Source: Clostridia bacterium (GTDB lineage Bacteria > Bacillota > Clostridia > JAAYHZ01). Taken from it: a stretch of 64,000 bases of DNA. Below the pieces are notes generated by a model. That model searched no databases. It saw only the letters and a program-made list of their open reading frames with translations, and was not told the DNA's origin. Positions 10,120-19,949 of the stretch are shown one piece after another (positions within the stretch are counted from its first letter, which is position 1; every line of letters starts with the position of its first letter). The position numbers and the translations under genes are program-made. Where the stretch lies: positions 32,001-96,000 of the forward strand of contig JBMNIH010000006.1 in NCBI GenBank assembly GCA_050950825.1. Direction: 5' to 3'.

Positions 10120-10854
10120 ATGCTGCTGTATTTTATTATCGGGATTCTTTTAATTTTTATGGGTTTGTCCGTTCACGTATTCAAATGGTATTTTCTTATT
10201 TCCGGTTACAACACCATGCCGAAAGAAAAACAAGAGAAGGTGGATACAAAAGGATTAGGCCTTGCAATGGGCATCTACTTTTATGCCAACGGCGCCGTTT
10301 GGATCATTTTCGGCATCCTTCATGCATTCGGAAGCAAACCGAATATTTTAATACCTATTGTGTTTTTCGGAATTTCCACCGCATACTTTCTGATCAAAGC
10401 CCAAAAGTTTGACGGAAACATTTACGATAAAAAAGGAAGCCTTCGAATAGGCAAATGGAAGCAATTGTTGGGACCTTACGGAACCTCGATTTTAGCTTTC
10501 ATTCTTGTAGCCGTAATGTTTATTGTATTTTCCCAACCGACGAAGGTTACCGTTTTAGACACCGGGTTTCAAATCCACGGCATGTACGGCGGCACTTATT
10601 CGTGGGAATCGATAAAAGAAATCAATTTGACGGATAATCTGCCGGTCATCCAAAGAAGGACCAGCGGTGCGGCTATCGGTCCGAATTTAAGAGGGCATTT
10701 TACAACGGATATCGGGCCTGTAAAGCTTTTTGTCAATCAACAGCTCCCGCCCTTTATATTCCTTCGCATCGACGATAAGATCATCATTTTGAACTTGAAA
10801 ACCCCCGAGGATACAAATAATTTGTACCGGAGTATACTGGAGCGAATAAAATAG
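10120..10854 (+). CDS. membrane protein, DUF3784-like N-terminus and bacterial PH-like C-terminus
   Basis: LISGYNTMPKEKQEK motif, four TM segments, GMYG...WESI...LRGHF C-terminal domain. Confidence 0.75.
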   Translation: MLLYFIIGILLIFMGLSVHVFKWYFLISGYNTMPKEKQEKVDTKGLGLAMGIYFYANGAVWIIFGILHAFGSKPNILIPIVFFGISTAYFLIKAQKFDGNIYDKKGSLRIGKWKQLLGPYGTSILAFILVAVMFIVFSQPTKVTVLDTGFQIHGMYGGTYSWESIKEINLTDNLPVIQRRTSGAAIGPNLRGHFTTDIGPVKLFVNQQLPPFIFLRIDDKIIILNLKTPEDTNNLYRSILERIK

Positions 10855-10881
10855 GGTTTTGCGGCACGTATTTTTAAAAAG

Positions 10882-10936
10882 TTATTGACATATGTCAATA
10901 ATGTTGTATAATGAAAATATAAATGACATATGTCAT
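10882..10936 (+). promoter_or_regulatory. sigmaA promoter with two palindromic operators
   Basis: TTGACA (10885) and TATAAT (10907); perfect palindromes TTATTGACATATGTCAATAA (10882-10901) and ATGACATATGTCAT (10923-10936). Confidence 0.85.
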
Positions 10937-10958
10937 AAACCATAAGGAGGTGTGCCGT

Positions 10959-11192
10959 ATGCCCGGAAGAGACGGAACGGGTCCTACAGGAGCGGGACCG
11001 ATGACGGGAAGATGCAAGGGATTTTGCTCGGGTTCCATGTATCGAAGATCCGGATTTGGACACGGATTCGGCAGAGGCTATTTCTATGGTATGACTTCCG
11101 ATACAAGCTGCAAAGAAATGCTTCGGGTTCAAAAAGAGCGGCTGCAAAACCGCTTAAACCGTGTAAACGAGCAATTGGAGAACTTAAAATAA
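10959..11192 (+). CDS. DUF5320-family small Gly-rich protein
   Basis: MPGRDGTGPxGxGPMTGRxxGFC N-terminus, C-terminal coiled coil; SD AAGGAGGT. Confidence 0.85.
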   Translation: MPGRDGTGPTGAGPMTGRCKGFCSGSMYRRSGFGHGFGRGYFYGMTSDTSCKEMLRVQKERLQNRLNRVNEQLENLK

Positions 11193-11202
11193 CCCAAACA
11201 TC

Positions 11203-11233
11203 AAAATGACCGGAGGACGCTCCGGTTATTTCT
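11203..11233 (+). terminator. hairpin between DUF5320 and DUF134
   Basis: AAATGACCGGAG/CTCCGGTTATTT stem. Confidence 0.5.
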
Positions 11234-11253
11234 TATCAATACGAGGTGATTTT

Positions 11254-11613
11254 ATGCCGAGACCAACCAAACGACGAAGAGTTTGCCGTATGCCTGAAAA
11301 CAGCCGTTTCGGTCCCTTGAATGACGGTTTAGGATCGAAAGCAACGGTGGTAATGACCGTTGACGAATATGAAACCATCCGGCTCATCGATTTCGAAGCC
11401 CTTACCCAAGAAGAGTGTGCAGCCTTAATGGACGTAGCACGTACAACGGTTCAGGGGATCTATGCCCAAGCGAGAAAAAAGCTGGCGGAAGCCTTGGTTA
11501 CGGGTAAAATGCTTATAATCCAAGGCGGAGAGTACCGACTTTGCGAGGGTTTCGAGGGGAAAAGCTGTAAAAGAAAAGGATGTCACGGAAGAGGACATGG
11601 AAGAGAGGGATAA
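11254..11613 (+). CDS. DUF134-family HTH DNA-binding protein
   Basis: MPRPTKRRRVC...DEYETIRLID...LTQEECAALMDVARTTVQGIY...ARKKLA; Cys/His tail. Confidence 0.9.
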   Translation: MPRPTKRRRVCRMPENSRFGPLNDGLGSKATVVMTVDEYETIRLIDFEALTQEECAALMDVARTTVQGIYAQARKKLAEALVTGKMLIIQGGEYRLCEGFEGKSCKRKGCHGRGHGREG

Positions 11614-11698
11614 TTTGAACCGATATTTTCTAGTCTTAAAATATATTCCATGAAATGTATATGATATAATAAATAAAAAACGAGGAGGAGGTAAAAGA

Positions 11699-12376
11699 AT
11701 GGCCAAGTATATTTGCTCCGTATGCGGATACGTCTATGACGAAGCAAAGGGCATACCGGAGGACGGAATTGCGCCGGGTACATCATGGGAAGACATACCG
11801 GAGGATTGGGTGTGCCCTATTTGCGGTGCAAGCAAAGAAGAATTCCGTAAAGAAGAGGGCGCTCCGTCTGTGGAAGCAAAACCAAAGCCGGTTATGGCGG
11901 AGCCGATGGAAGACGAGGAGCTGACACCGTTGGAGATGAGCATTCTTTGTACCAATTTGGCACGGGGATTGGAGAAACAGTATAAACCGGAAGAAGCCGC
12001 GCTCTTTTTTGAGCTGGGTAAATATTTCGAATCGGCGGCTCCACCGGCGGAAAATCCGAGCTTTGACCGGTTGGAAGAGCTTTTGGACAAGGATATGGAG
12101 GAAGGAATCCCCGCTGCGAATGCGGCAGCCGCCGATGCAGGAGACCGCGGAGCCAAGCGGGCTTTGGTTTGGAGTGAGAAGGTCACCCGCATTCTTAAGT
12201 CTTTATTGGCAAGATACCAAAAAGAAGGCGAGGCTTTCTTTGAAAACACGAATGTGTATGTTTGCACGATCTGCGGCTTTGTATACATAGGTGATACTCT
12301 TCCCGACGTTTGTCCGGTATGTAAGGTACCGAATTGGAAGTTTGAAAAAATGGAAGGGGGTCGTGTTCATGTCTAA
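11699..12376 (+). CDS. protein with N- and C-terminal rubredoxin domains around a helical core
   Basis: CSVC...WVCPIC at the N-terminus; CTIC...CPVC at the C-terminus. Confidence 0.85.
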   Translation: MAKYICSVCGYVYDEAKGIPEDGIAPGTSWEDIPEDWVCPICGASKEEFRKEEGAPSVEAKPKPVMAEPMEDEELTPLEMSILCTNLARGLEKQYKPEEAALFFELGKYFESAAPPAENPSFDRLEELLDKDMEEGIPAANAAAADAGDRGAKRALVWSEKVTRILKSLLARYQKEGEAFFENTNVYVCTICGFVYIGDTLPDVCPVCKVPNWKFEKMEGGRVHV

Positions 12377-13391
12377 GAAATATGCCGTTCGAAATATTCG
12401 GTTGTGTTCTAAAGACTGCTTATGCCTTTATGTTTGTCCTACCGGCGCTACGGATACGGAAAACAGCATCATTGATGTTACAAAATGCATCGGATGCGGT
12501 GACTGCGCAGACGCATGCCCCTCCGGAGCCATATCCATGGTGCCTATCGAATACCCCCCGCAGCAACCGAAAACCGACGAAGTTGTTTATGCAATGAAGC
12601 GGCTGCTTAGAAGCAAAGCCGATCAAGAGAGCATTGCATCGGCACTTCCGGGTAAGCTTGCCGCTGCTTTCAAGCAAGCGAACAGGCGAATGGCGGAGGA
12701 CCTCATACGCGAAGCGGGATATATGCTGCCCCAAAGCTTAAATACAAAGAGGTTTTTGGAATCCCTTTTGGAAAAACCCATGCCGGAAGACTTTCCAAAA
12801 GAAATCGTGGAAAAGCTGCTTCATTCTTTGGATTTCGAGAAAGAAGCGAAATCGGATAACCGTTATGCGGCAACCGAGACGAGCAAGAATCTTACGGATG
12901 CATTCTCCGGAGAAAGCCAAGCGAGAAACAAGTACACCTATTTTGCGGAAGTGGCAAGCAGGGAAGGGTATGAGCAAATTGCGGAGCTCTTTTTGAAAAC
13001 CGCTCGAAACGAACAGGAGCATGCTCGTCTATGGTTTGAGGCTTCCGGAGGTTTGGAGGATACGGCAAAGAACCTTTTGCATGCCGCCGAGGGTGAGCAC
13101 TATGAATGGACGGACATGTACGCGCGTTTTGCAAAAGAGGCGGAGGAAGAGGGCTTTCACGATCTGGCCCAAAAATTCCGCAAGGTTGCGGATATAGAAA
13201 AGGCTCACGAAGAACGTTATCGGAAACTGTTAAGGAACGTAGAATCCAAGGAAGTTTTCAAAAAAGAAGTAGAAACCGTATGGGAATGCCGCATATGCGG
13301 ATATACGGTAGCGGGTAAAGAAGCCCCGGGGGTATGTCCGGTATGTAAAAACTCCAAGTCCTTCTTCGAAGTGCGAAAGGAAAACTATTAA
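12369..13391 (+). CDS. 4Fe-4S ferredoxin-domain / rubrerythrin fusion
   Basis: [12 protein letters not shown] and [12 protein letters not shown]; GESQARNKY...NEQEHA...GEHYE...IEKAHE; C-terminal CRIC/CPVC. Confidence 0.88.
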   Translation: MSKKYAVRNIRLCSKDCLCLYVCPTGATDTENSIIDVTKCIGCGDCADACPSGAISMVPIEYPPQQPKTDEVVYAMKRLLRSKADQESIASALPGKLAAAFKQANRRMAEDLIREAGYMLPQSLNTKRFLESLLEKPMPEDFPKEIVEKLLHSLDFEKEAKSDNRYAATETSKNLTDAFSGESQARNKYTYFAEVASREGYEQIAELFLKTARNEQEHARLWFEASGGLEDTAKNLLHAAEGEHYEWTDMYARFAKEAEEEGFHDLAQKFRKVADIEKAHEERYRKLLRNVESKEVFKKEVETVWECRICGYTVAGKEAPGVCPVCKNSKSFFEVRKENY

Positions 13392-13412
13392 TGCCTCTAA
13401 GAGGTTAAGAAT

Positions 13413-13447
13413 AAAAAGTACTTGCTAAATTGGGCAAGTACTTTTTT
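13413..13447 (+). terminator. intrinsic terminator
   Basis: AAAAGTACTTGC/GCAAGTACTTTT stem plus U-run. Confidence 0.8.
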
Positions 13448-13507
13448 CGTTGTACAGGAATCAAGGAGCGGGTATAATAGCGATAAACATATATTTTCCG
13501 AAAGGTA

Positions 13508-13720
13508 TATTTGCCTCAAGATCTATGGAACAAGCTCATGTCTACCTTCGCCTTGGAGACTTACGAAAGAGCATGGCATTCTTTGTTTACATGTCAAGAA
13601 CTGTTCCGGGAGGTATCGGCGGAGGTTGCGAAAAAATTGGGGTATTCCTATCCCGAGTACGATAAAAGCATGACGGAATATACGGAAAGCTTGTTTTTGC
13701 GATACGGCTTTAGCGAGTAA
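13508..13720 (+). pseudogene. 3' remnant of an aminoglycoside 6-adenylyltransferase (AadE/AadK-like)
   Basis: YLPQDLWNKLMSTF...WHSLFTCQELFREVSAEVAKKLGYSYPEYDKSMTEY resembles the ANT(6) C-terminus; N-terminal part absent. Confidence 0.75.
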
Positions 13721-14480
13721 AGCGCTTTTCCGTTGACAGGATATAGTCCAAGCTTTCTTTTGCACATAGGAAAGGATCCTTCAAATGGCTTTCTTGCTCG
13801 GAAAGCCCGTACATTACCCCCGTTTCGATGCAAGCATTGAAAACGATAGGCCAATCGATCTTTCCTTGCCCTACGGGGACTAAGTGCTCGCTGCCGTCAG
13901 GAAAAACGGTGTAATCTTTAAAGTGGCAGATGTGAATTCTTCCCATGTATCGTTCAAGGACGGATACGGGGTCCGCTCCGGCCTTTACGGCATGGTAAAT
14001 ACATAAGGTAAGGCCGATCTCATCGGGAAGGTCTTCCATTATCTTATCAATGGCCCGTATGCCGTTGACAAGATCGAAATTGTACCATAAAGGATGAAAC
14101 GTCAAACCGATGCCCTTCTCCTTTAGGAGCATTGCGATTCTTTTCATTTCCGTACAAAAAAATTCAATCCCGTCTTCCGTCATCATATCCTTCGGAACGG
14201 TGCTGATACATAAGGTAGAGCTGTTCCATATACGGTTCATGGCGATAAAACGATCCAAATCCTTTCGGACTTCTTGAAAGCCGTCTTGAGTGGCGATGCA
14301 TACAAGGCCGGTCTCGTCCAGAGCCTCTTTAACGGACTCCATAGGGACGTCCGGATGAATCCATTGAAGCTGTACGTATCGGTAACCGATTTCTTTTAAC
14401 CTGCGGAAGGTGCAAAAAACGCTTTCGGGAGTCGTAAGGTAATCCTTCAAGCTTGATACTTGGTAGCCTATTGCCGTCAT
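13710..14480 (-). CDS. sugar phosphate isomerase/epimerase family TIM-barrel protein
   Basis: GYRYVQLQ, HICHFKD, VPVGQGKIDW, EQE motifs; SD AAGGAG. Confidence 0.85.
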   Translation of the reverse strand: MTAIGYQVSSLKDYLTTPESVFCTFRRLKEIGYRYVQLQWIHPDVPMESVKEALDETGLVCIATQDGFQEVRKDLDRFIAMNRIWNSSTLCISTVPKDMMTEDGIEFFCTEMKRIAMLLKEKGIGLTFHPLWYNFDLVNGIRAIDKIMEDLPDEIGLTLCIYHAVKAGADPVSVLERYMGRIHICHFKDYTVFPDGSEHLVPVGQGKIDWPIVFNACIETGVMYGLSEQESHLKDPFLCAKESLDYILSTEKRFTR

Positions 14481-14631
14481 GGGGGTCTCCTTAGAAAATT
14501 TAATGGATTAAAACCATTGTACCGGATTTTCCATCGGCGATAAAAGATTCTTTAAAATAAAAACCGTTCCCTATAAAATATGTGTATAATAAAGGCAGGT
14601 AGCAAGCGCTAAAAAGGAAAGCGAGAATGTT

Positions 14632-15190
14632 ATGAATAACCGAATACTTGTTGTAAGCGAAGGAAGGTCTAACGACCTTTTGGATGTACTTACCGTAAAC
14701 GATGTTCATTTTGGATAACCCGGTTATCGCAAACGGACGGCTCCGCCCCTTTCGGGCACTACAACGGGTGGTATTTGGACTCGTTGTTTTTGGCATACAA
14801 GGTATTGGGAGATGAAAAATACTTGGAAACGGCCAAAAAAGGTATGGGTCATATCAAAGCCGTTTATCCCTTCACCTCTTGAGAGCATTCTGAAACCCAA
14901 GAGCGGTGCCGGTTGGTGCTTCCTTGTGCCATGCAGTATTTTGCCACCGGAAAAGAAGAAGACAAAGCCTTTTTGTATCGGGTTGTCGAGGATTTACAAA
15001 GTTTAGGCACAAAAACGGAGCATACTTTGAAGCTATTTCGTAACCCGGAACCCGTACTTTTTAATGCTTTGGGAGGATATCTTAAGATACTTTTTAAAAG
15101 CGCAGCTTCATAGCGAGGACAAGGTGATCGACGGCGTTTGGGCAAGAGCCTTTGACGTAAATCTGAAAGAAGTCTACCGGCACATAGGTT
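14632..15190 (+). pseudogene. heavily decayed remnant of a large alpha/alpha-toroid-like protein
   Basis: SD and ATG at 14632 with an early stop; LAYKVLGDEKYLETAKKG...*EHSETQERCRLVLP with in-frame TGA at 14880; frameshifted QLHSEDKVIDGVWARAFD. Confidence 0.6.
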
Positions 15191-15256
15191 ATTGGAAAAA
15201 TATTATTAATCTCTTATCCTTTGGAAAATATAAAAATCGAAAGGAAGGATTTCGCG

Positions 15257-16129
15257 ATGAAAACCCTAAGAAAGGTAAAAAAGGTCACGAAAGGTGTATC
15301 GACAACGGACGGAGCGGGAGTAAAGCTTGTCCGCGTGATCGGATACAACGATACGAAGGATTACGATCCTTTCCTGATGCTGGACGCTTTCGATTCCGTA
15401 AACCCGGATGACTATACCAAAGGATTTCCTTGGCATCCCCACCGGGGCATCGAAACCGTAACCTACTTGATCAACGGTAACATCGAGCACGGTGACAGCT
15501 TAGGAAACAAAGGCGTCATTCGGGACGGAGACTGCCAATGGATGACGGCAGGCTCCGGCATTATTCATCAAGAAATGCCCAAAGCTTCCCCCCGTATGTT
15601 AGGCGCGCAATTGTGGCTAAACCTGCCGGCAAAGGACAAAATGACTTTGCCTGCGTACGGAGATATTCGCTCCGAGGACATTCCCAAAGTGGAGAAGGAC
15701 GGCGTAACGATCCGTATCTTGTCGGGAGAATACGAAGGACAGAAAGGGGCTTTTGAGGGAAGGTATATCAAAGCCGTGTATTTGGACGTGGAGCTTTCCG
15801 CCTGTCGCGAGTGGAGCTTTGAAACCGACCCGGATTCTACCTTGTTCATCTACATGTTTTACGGAAAAGGCATCTTTGACCCCGAAAAAAGCATCGAGAA
15901 TCCGAAGGATGTTTTTGACGAAAGACAAGCGATCTTGTTCGGAGAAGGTTCCGTCTTTTGGATTAAAGGCGCAGCGGATACCCGCTTTATACTCCTTTCG
16001 GCAAAGCCCATTAAAGAGCCGATTGCATGGGGCGGGCCTATTGTCGTGAACACTAGGGAAGAACTGAAATTGGCTTTCGAAGAGCTACGTAACAATACAT
16101 TTATAAAATCCCATGATATACGTTTGTAA
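15257..16129 (+). CDS. pirin family protein
   Basis: DPFLMLD, GFPWHPHRGIETVTY, QWMTAGSGIIHQE. Confidence 0.95.
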   Translation: MKTLRKVKKVTKGVSTTDGAGVKLVRVIGYNDTKDYDPFLMLDAFDSVNPDDYTKGFPWHPHRGIETVTYLINGNIEHGDSLGNKGVIRDGDCQWMTAGSGIIHQEMPKASPRMLGAQLWLNLPAKDKMTLPAYGDIRSEDIPKVEKDGVTIRILSGEYEGQKGAFEGRYIKAVYLDVELSACREWSFETDPDSTLFIYMFYGKGIFDPEKSIENPKDVFDERQAILFGEGSVFWIKGAADTRFILLSAKPIKEPIAWGGPIVVNTREELKLAFEELRNNTFIKSHDIRL

Positions 16130-16141
16130 GGAGGGGACACC

Positions 16142-16717
16142 ATGGCAGACAAAGAAAAAATCGTGAAAATCGCAGGCCTTACGGGAAGCTTAAGGAAAAA
16201 CTCGTATAACAAAGCGGCCTTGATGGCGGCAATGAAGCTGCTTCCCGAAAATACGGAGCTGGAAATTTTGGACTTATCCGATATTCCTTTTTTCAATGAA
16301 GACGTAGAGGAAGAAGGGATCCCCGATTCGGTCCTTCGACTCAAGGAAAAGCTTTCGGAAGCGGATGCCCTCTTAATTTCCACCCCGGAATACAATTATT
16401 CCATACCTCCGGTTTTAAAAAATGCAATCGACTGGGTGTCCCGAGGCGACGATACCCCCATATATGGAAAGTATTTGGGTCTATTAAGCGCGTCACCGAG
16501 CCCTCTCGGAGGAGCAAGGGCGCAGTACCATTTGCGGCAGGTTTGCGTTTGCGTCAATCTGATCCCCTTAAACGAACCGGAGATTTTTATCGCATCCGCT
16601 CATACTAAGTTTGACGAAAAAGGGGAGCTTAAGGACGAGACGGCAAAAGAATTGATAAAAGAACTCCTTGCGGAGTTGGTGAAGAAGGTAAGATGCCAAA
16701 GAGAGGAAAACGGATAA
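16142..16717 (+). CDS. NADPH-dependent FMN reductase
   Basis: GSLRKNSYN, TPEYNYSIPPVLKNAIDWVSR, GGARAQYHLRQ. Confidence 0.93.
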   Translation: MADKEKIVKIAGLTGSLRKNSYNKAALMAAMKLLPENTELEILDLSDIPFFNEDVEEEGIPDSVLRLKEKLSEADALLISTPEYNYSIPPVLKNAIDWVSRGDDTPIYGKYLGLLSASPSPLGGARAQYHLRQVCVCVNLIPLNEPEIFIASAHTKFDEKGELKDETAKELIKELLAELVKKVRCQREENG

Positions 16718-16760
16718 TCGGTTCCGTTTTTCTTTTCATAACAAAGGGAGGTAGAAAGAA

Positions 16761-19700
16761 ATGGCAGGCGGTCAATATTTTAACCCCGAAAAGGTAGAAT
16801 GCATTCGTAAAAACATTGCTTCCTATGATTGGGCGAAAGCCCTTTCCAAGGAAGCCGTAGACAAGGCCGATACGTTGATCGGCTACGGTAAACACTATTG
16901 GTGGACGCTTCCTACCCCTAACGAGCTGCCTCGATGTTTAACCCCGGGACACATTAACAGCGGGTGTCCTTTTTGCGGCGACGAGAACTTTTTGAAGTTC
17001 GGAAGCAGAGGCTGGATTCCTCATATCGTAGGGAACAAGTGGAAGATGGAATGTAAAAATTGCGGCGGAATATTCCCTTCCAACGACTTTAAAAGCTATT
17101 ACGAATCCGGGTTGGACGAATTGGGAATTTTCCGCAGCAGCAAGGCCGACCCGTCCTACTTGGTCAACACCCTGTACCCGGAAAAAGGTCCGGACTATAT
17201 GGTGGATGACGGAAGAGGCTATGTGGATGAAACGAACAACCGTTGGTCCTTTGTCGCCTTTTATAACCACTACGGTTTATGGGCAAACTGGGACGACGAC
17301 GGAATCGACGGCGGAATCATCCTAAGCGGGGCCAAGAAGATGTCCGAGGCTTACGTATATACCGGCAAAACGATTTATGCATTGTACTGCTTGCTTCTGC
17401 TATATAAGGTGGCACTTCTTTATCCGGATTTGGACTTGAACGTTTGGATGAGGCTACCCGGAAGACCCTACCGCAATACCGACGGTTTTTCCTTGCAGGG
17501 GAAGGCTACGGGAAGAATATGCGAGGCCATTCTTGCGAGAAATCTTTGCATGGCGGCGGATGCGGTAATGCCGGTGCTGCGTACCCATAAAGAAGAAGCG
17601 GAAAGCTTCTTTTCGGAGTTTGCTTCGGTTGATGCGGAGCAAATTGAAGAAACCATTGTTGACGGCTTGCTAAGGCAGGTTTTCATCGGCGTTCAAAACG
17701 GCAGCATCGGCGGAAACGAGGGTATGTACCAAAGCGCGCTGGCCATAGCCGCCGTTTGCATGGGCGAATGCGAGGAATCGAAAAAATGGATCGAGTGGCT
17801 TTTTCAAGACGGTGAAGTCATTGCAAAAAACGACCCTATAAGAGTTCGAACGGAGCGGAAAACCGGCGGCAATTTGCTCGGAATTTTGTACGATAAAGTC
17901 AACGGAGACGGCTTCGGTAACGAAATCTCTCCTACCTATAATCGGATCTGGCTGGTGGAGTTTTCAAGGATAGCGGATATTCTTTCCAAGTATCCGGGTA
18001 TCAAGGGAACGAAATACGATTTGAATACTTTACCGAAAATGAAGAAAATGTATAAAAGCTACCCGAATATCGTAATCGACAGAGACTATGTTCCCAAAAA
18101 CGGAGATACCGGAAGAACCGGAGATCCTTTATATGTTTTTGAAGACGGTTTGCACCAAAAAATATTATTAACGGGATACGAAGCCACCGGAGATATGGAC
18201 ATTCTAAAGTATTACAATATTTGCTTCCCGGAATCGAAGAACGGCGTTTTCGGATTTTTAGATATCGAGGATCCGAAAAAAACGATGAGCCTTTTGCAAA
18301 AGGCGGCGGAAGAAGAGTTTGTCCATAAAGAATCCGTCAACTTGGCAGACTACGGGAATGCACTCCTTCGGTCCGATCTTCTCGGAGGATTAAATCTTCA
18401 CATGTATTACGGAAGGACCAAAGGCCACGGGCATATGGACAAAATGAATTTTGAAATCATCGCCAACCGTATCAACTATACCCCGGATTTAGGTTATCCG
18501 GAATACGCGGAGCAATTCCCCAAACGATACGAATGGACCTCTCATACCATAAGTCACAATACCGTCATGGTCGACCTGTCGGCCCAAAACGGAACGGACT
18601 ATGCAGGGTATCCTATCGGATACGAAGACGGTCCCGTTGTAAAATATATCGAAGCGGATGACCCGAGTGTTTACGACCAAACGAATATGTACCGAAGAGC
18701 AATGTGCACCGTGGAAACTTCCCCCGGGAAAGGCTATGTGGCGGATTTTTTCCGTGTTCAAGGGGGATCCGCTCACGAGCTTTCTTTCCACGGAGGGGAG
18801 GGTAACGTTACGGTCGAAGGCATTGAATTAATCCCTCAGAAGAAAGGAACCCTTCAAGGAGAGGACACGGAATTCGGCCGGCGAAAAGATAGAAAAACGG
18901 TGATGTTCGACTTTTCCTTAGGCCGCGGAAACGGGTACCATTACCTTTACGACGTGGCAAAGGCCGAAAAGCCTTGCGGATATGTAAAGCTTACGTATTG
19001 TATTAAAGATACATGGGCTCAAAGAACCGGGTTGGAAGGCAAGCCCTATCTTGATGCCTATTTTCTCACGGAAACGGACCGAACCGTTATCGCCAAAGGG
19101 CAGCCTCCCGTAAACAAAATCGGCAATCCTCCTTACCTTTACTATTACTTAGGAAGAAGGCAAGGGGAGGATTTAAAAAGCAACTTCGTTTCCGTATACG
19201 AGCCGTATATCGACAATTCCGAGATTCGATCGGTGGAAAAGGCGCCTTTCAAAGACGCCGTGGACGAGTTTGAAGCGGTTTGCGTAAAGGTGACATTAAC
19301 CGACGGACGTGTCGATTATCTTTTCCACTCCCTTAACGAAGAAACGTCGTTTACCGTCCGGGACGGGCTTGAATTCAAAGGACGCTTAGGGTTTGTGCGA
19401 TTCAAGGACGGACGCATCCTTCATGCCTTTTTATCCTGCGGGGAATATATCAAAGCGGAGGGGAAAACGATATTGGAAGCTTCCGTTCCCGCCGTTACAG
19501 GATATACGGTAGATTTTCAGAAGAATCCGGACTCTATAAACTACATTGACGTAGCGATACGGGAAAACACCCTGCCGAAGTCCTTGCCCGATTTATTGGG
19601 AAGATACATTTATATCGAAACGAAGAGGCCCGGAAACGCCGTTTATCAAATCCAAGACATACAATCCGGTAAAAACGGAAAATTCCGAATCATTATCGAC

Positions 19701-19808
19701 GAAACTCCTATTCGAGGATACAAAAACGGCGTCAACGGAAAAGACGGATTCTCCTATCGTTTTGAGGAAGGTGCGGCATTTACGATACCCTTAAGCTTTT
19801 CCTTGTAA
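16761..19808 (+). CDS. heparinase II/III-like polysaccharide lyase, no signal peptide
   Basis: 1015 aa; GNEGMYQ, NEISPTY, GHGHMD, TPDLGYP, TISHNTVMVD. Confidence 0.8.
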   Translation: MAGGQYFNPEKVECIRKNIASYDWAKALSKEAVDKADTLIGYGKHYWWTLPTPNELPRCLTPGHINSGCPFCGDENFLKFGSRGWIPHIVGNKWKMECKNCGGIFPSNDFKSYYESGLDELGIFRSSKADPSYLVNTLYPEKGPDYMVDDGRGYVDETNNRWSFVAFYNHYGLWANWDDDGIDGGIILSGAKKMSEAYVYTGKTIYALYCLLLLYKVALLYPDLDLNVWMRLPGRPYRNTDGFSLQGKATGRICEAILARNLCMAADAVMPVLRTHKEEAESFFSEFASVDAEQIEETIVDGLLRQVFIGVQNGSIGGNEGMYQSALAIAAVCMGECEESKKWIEWLFQDGEVIAKNDPIRVRTERKTGGNLLGILYDKVNGDGFGNEISPTYNRIWLVEFSRIADILSKYPGIKGTKYDLNTLPKMKKMYKSYPNIVIDRDYVPKNGDTGRTGDPLYVFEDGLHQKILLTGYEATGDMDILKYYNICFPESKNGVFGFLDIEDPKKTMSLLQKAAEEEFVHKESVNLADYGNALLRSDLLGGLNLHMYYGRTKGHGHMDKMNFEIIANRINYTPDLGYPEYAEQFPKRYEWTSHTISHNTVMVDLSAQNGTDYAGYPIGYEDGPVVKYIEADDPSVYDQTNMYRRAMCTVETSPGKGYVADFFRVQGGSAHELSFHGGEGNVTVEGIELIPQKKGTLQGEDTEFGRRKDRKTVMFDFSLGRGNGYHYLYDVAKAEKPCGYVKLTYCIKDTWAQRTGLEGKPYLDAYFLTETDRTVIAKGQPPVNKIGNPPYLYYYLGRRQGEDLKSNFVSVYEPYIDNSEIRSVEKAPFKDAVDEFEAVCVKVTLTDGRVDYLFHSLNEETSFTVRDGLEFKGRLGFVRFKDGRILHAFLSCGEYIKAEGKTILEASVPAVTGYTVDFQKNPDSINYIDVAIRENTLPKSLPDLLGRYIYIETKRPGNAVYQIQDIQSGKNGKFRIIIDETPIRGYKNGVNGKDGFSYRFEEGAAFTIPLSFSL

Positions 19809-19842
19809 ACCAAAGATTTGCTATTCCTTCCTGTTTACGTAC

Positions 19843-19883
19843 AAGCGGTCTTAAGCAATTTTGCAGCAAGACCGCTTTTTTTT
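19843..19883 (+). terminator. intrinsic terminator
   Basis: AAGCGGTCTT/AAGACCGCTT stem plus long U-run. Confidence 0.8.
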
Positions 19884-19949
19884 CACGCTTTTTTCATAAA
19901 AATGAATGTAAAAAAACATGAAAAATATTAAATTTTAGAATCTTTTTCT

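Noticed and set aside
13422-13673. 83-aa ORF from the track
   Set aside because: Starts inside a terminator hairpin; the coding signal is in the AadE-like frame
14880-14882. In-frame TGA as selenocysteine or read-through
   Set aside because: Surrounding gene has other stops and frameshifts; a CGA-to-TGA nonsense change is simpler
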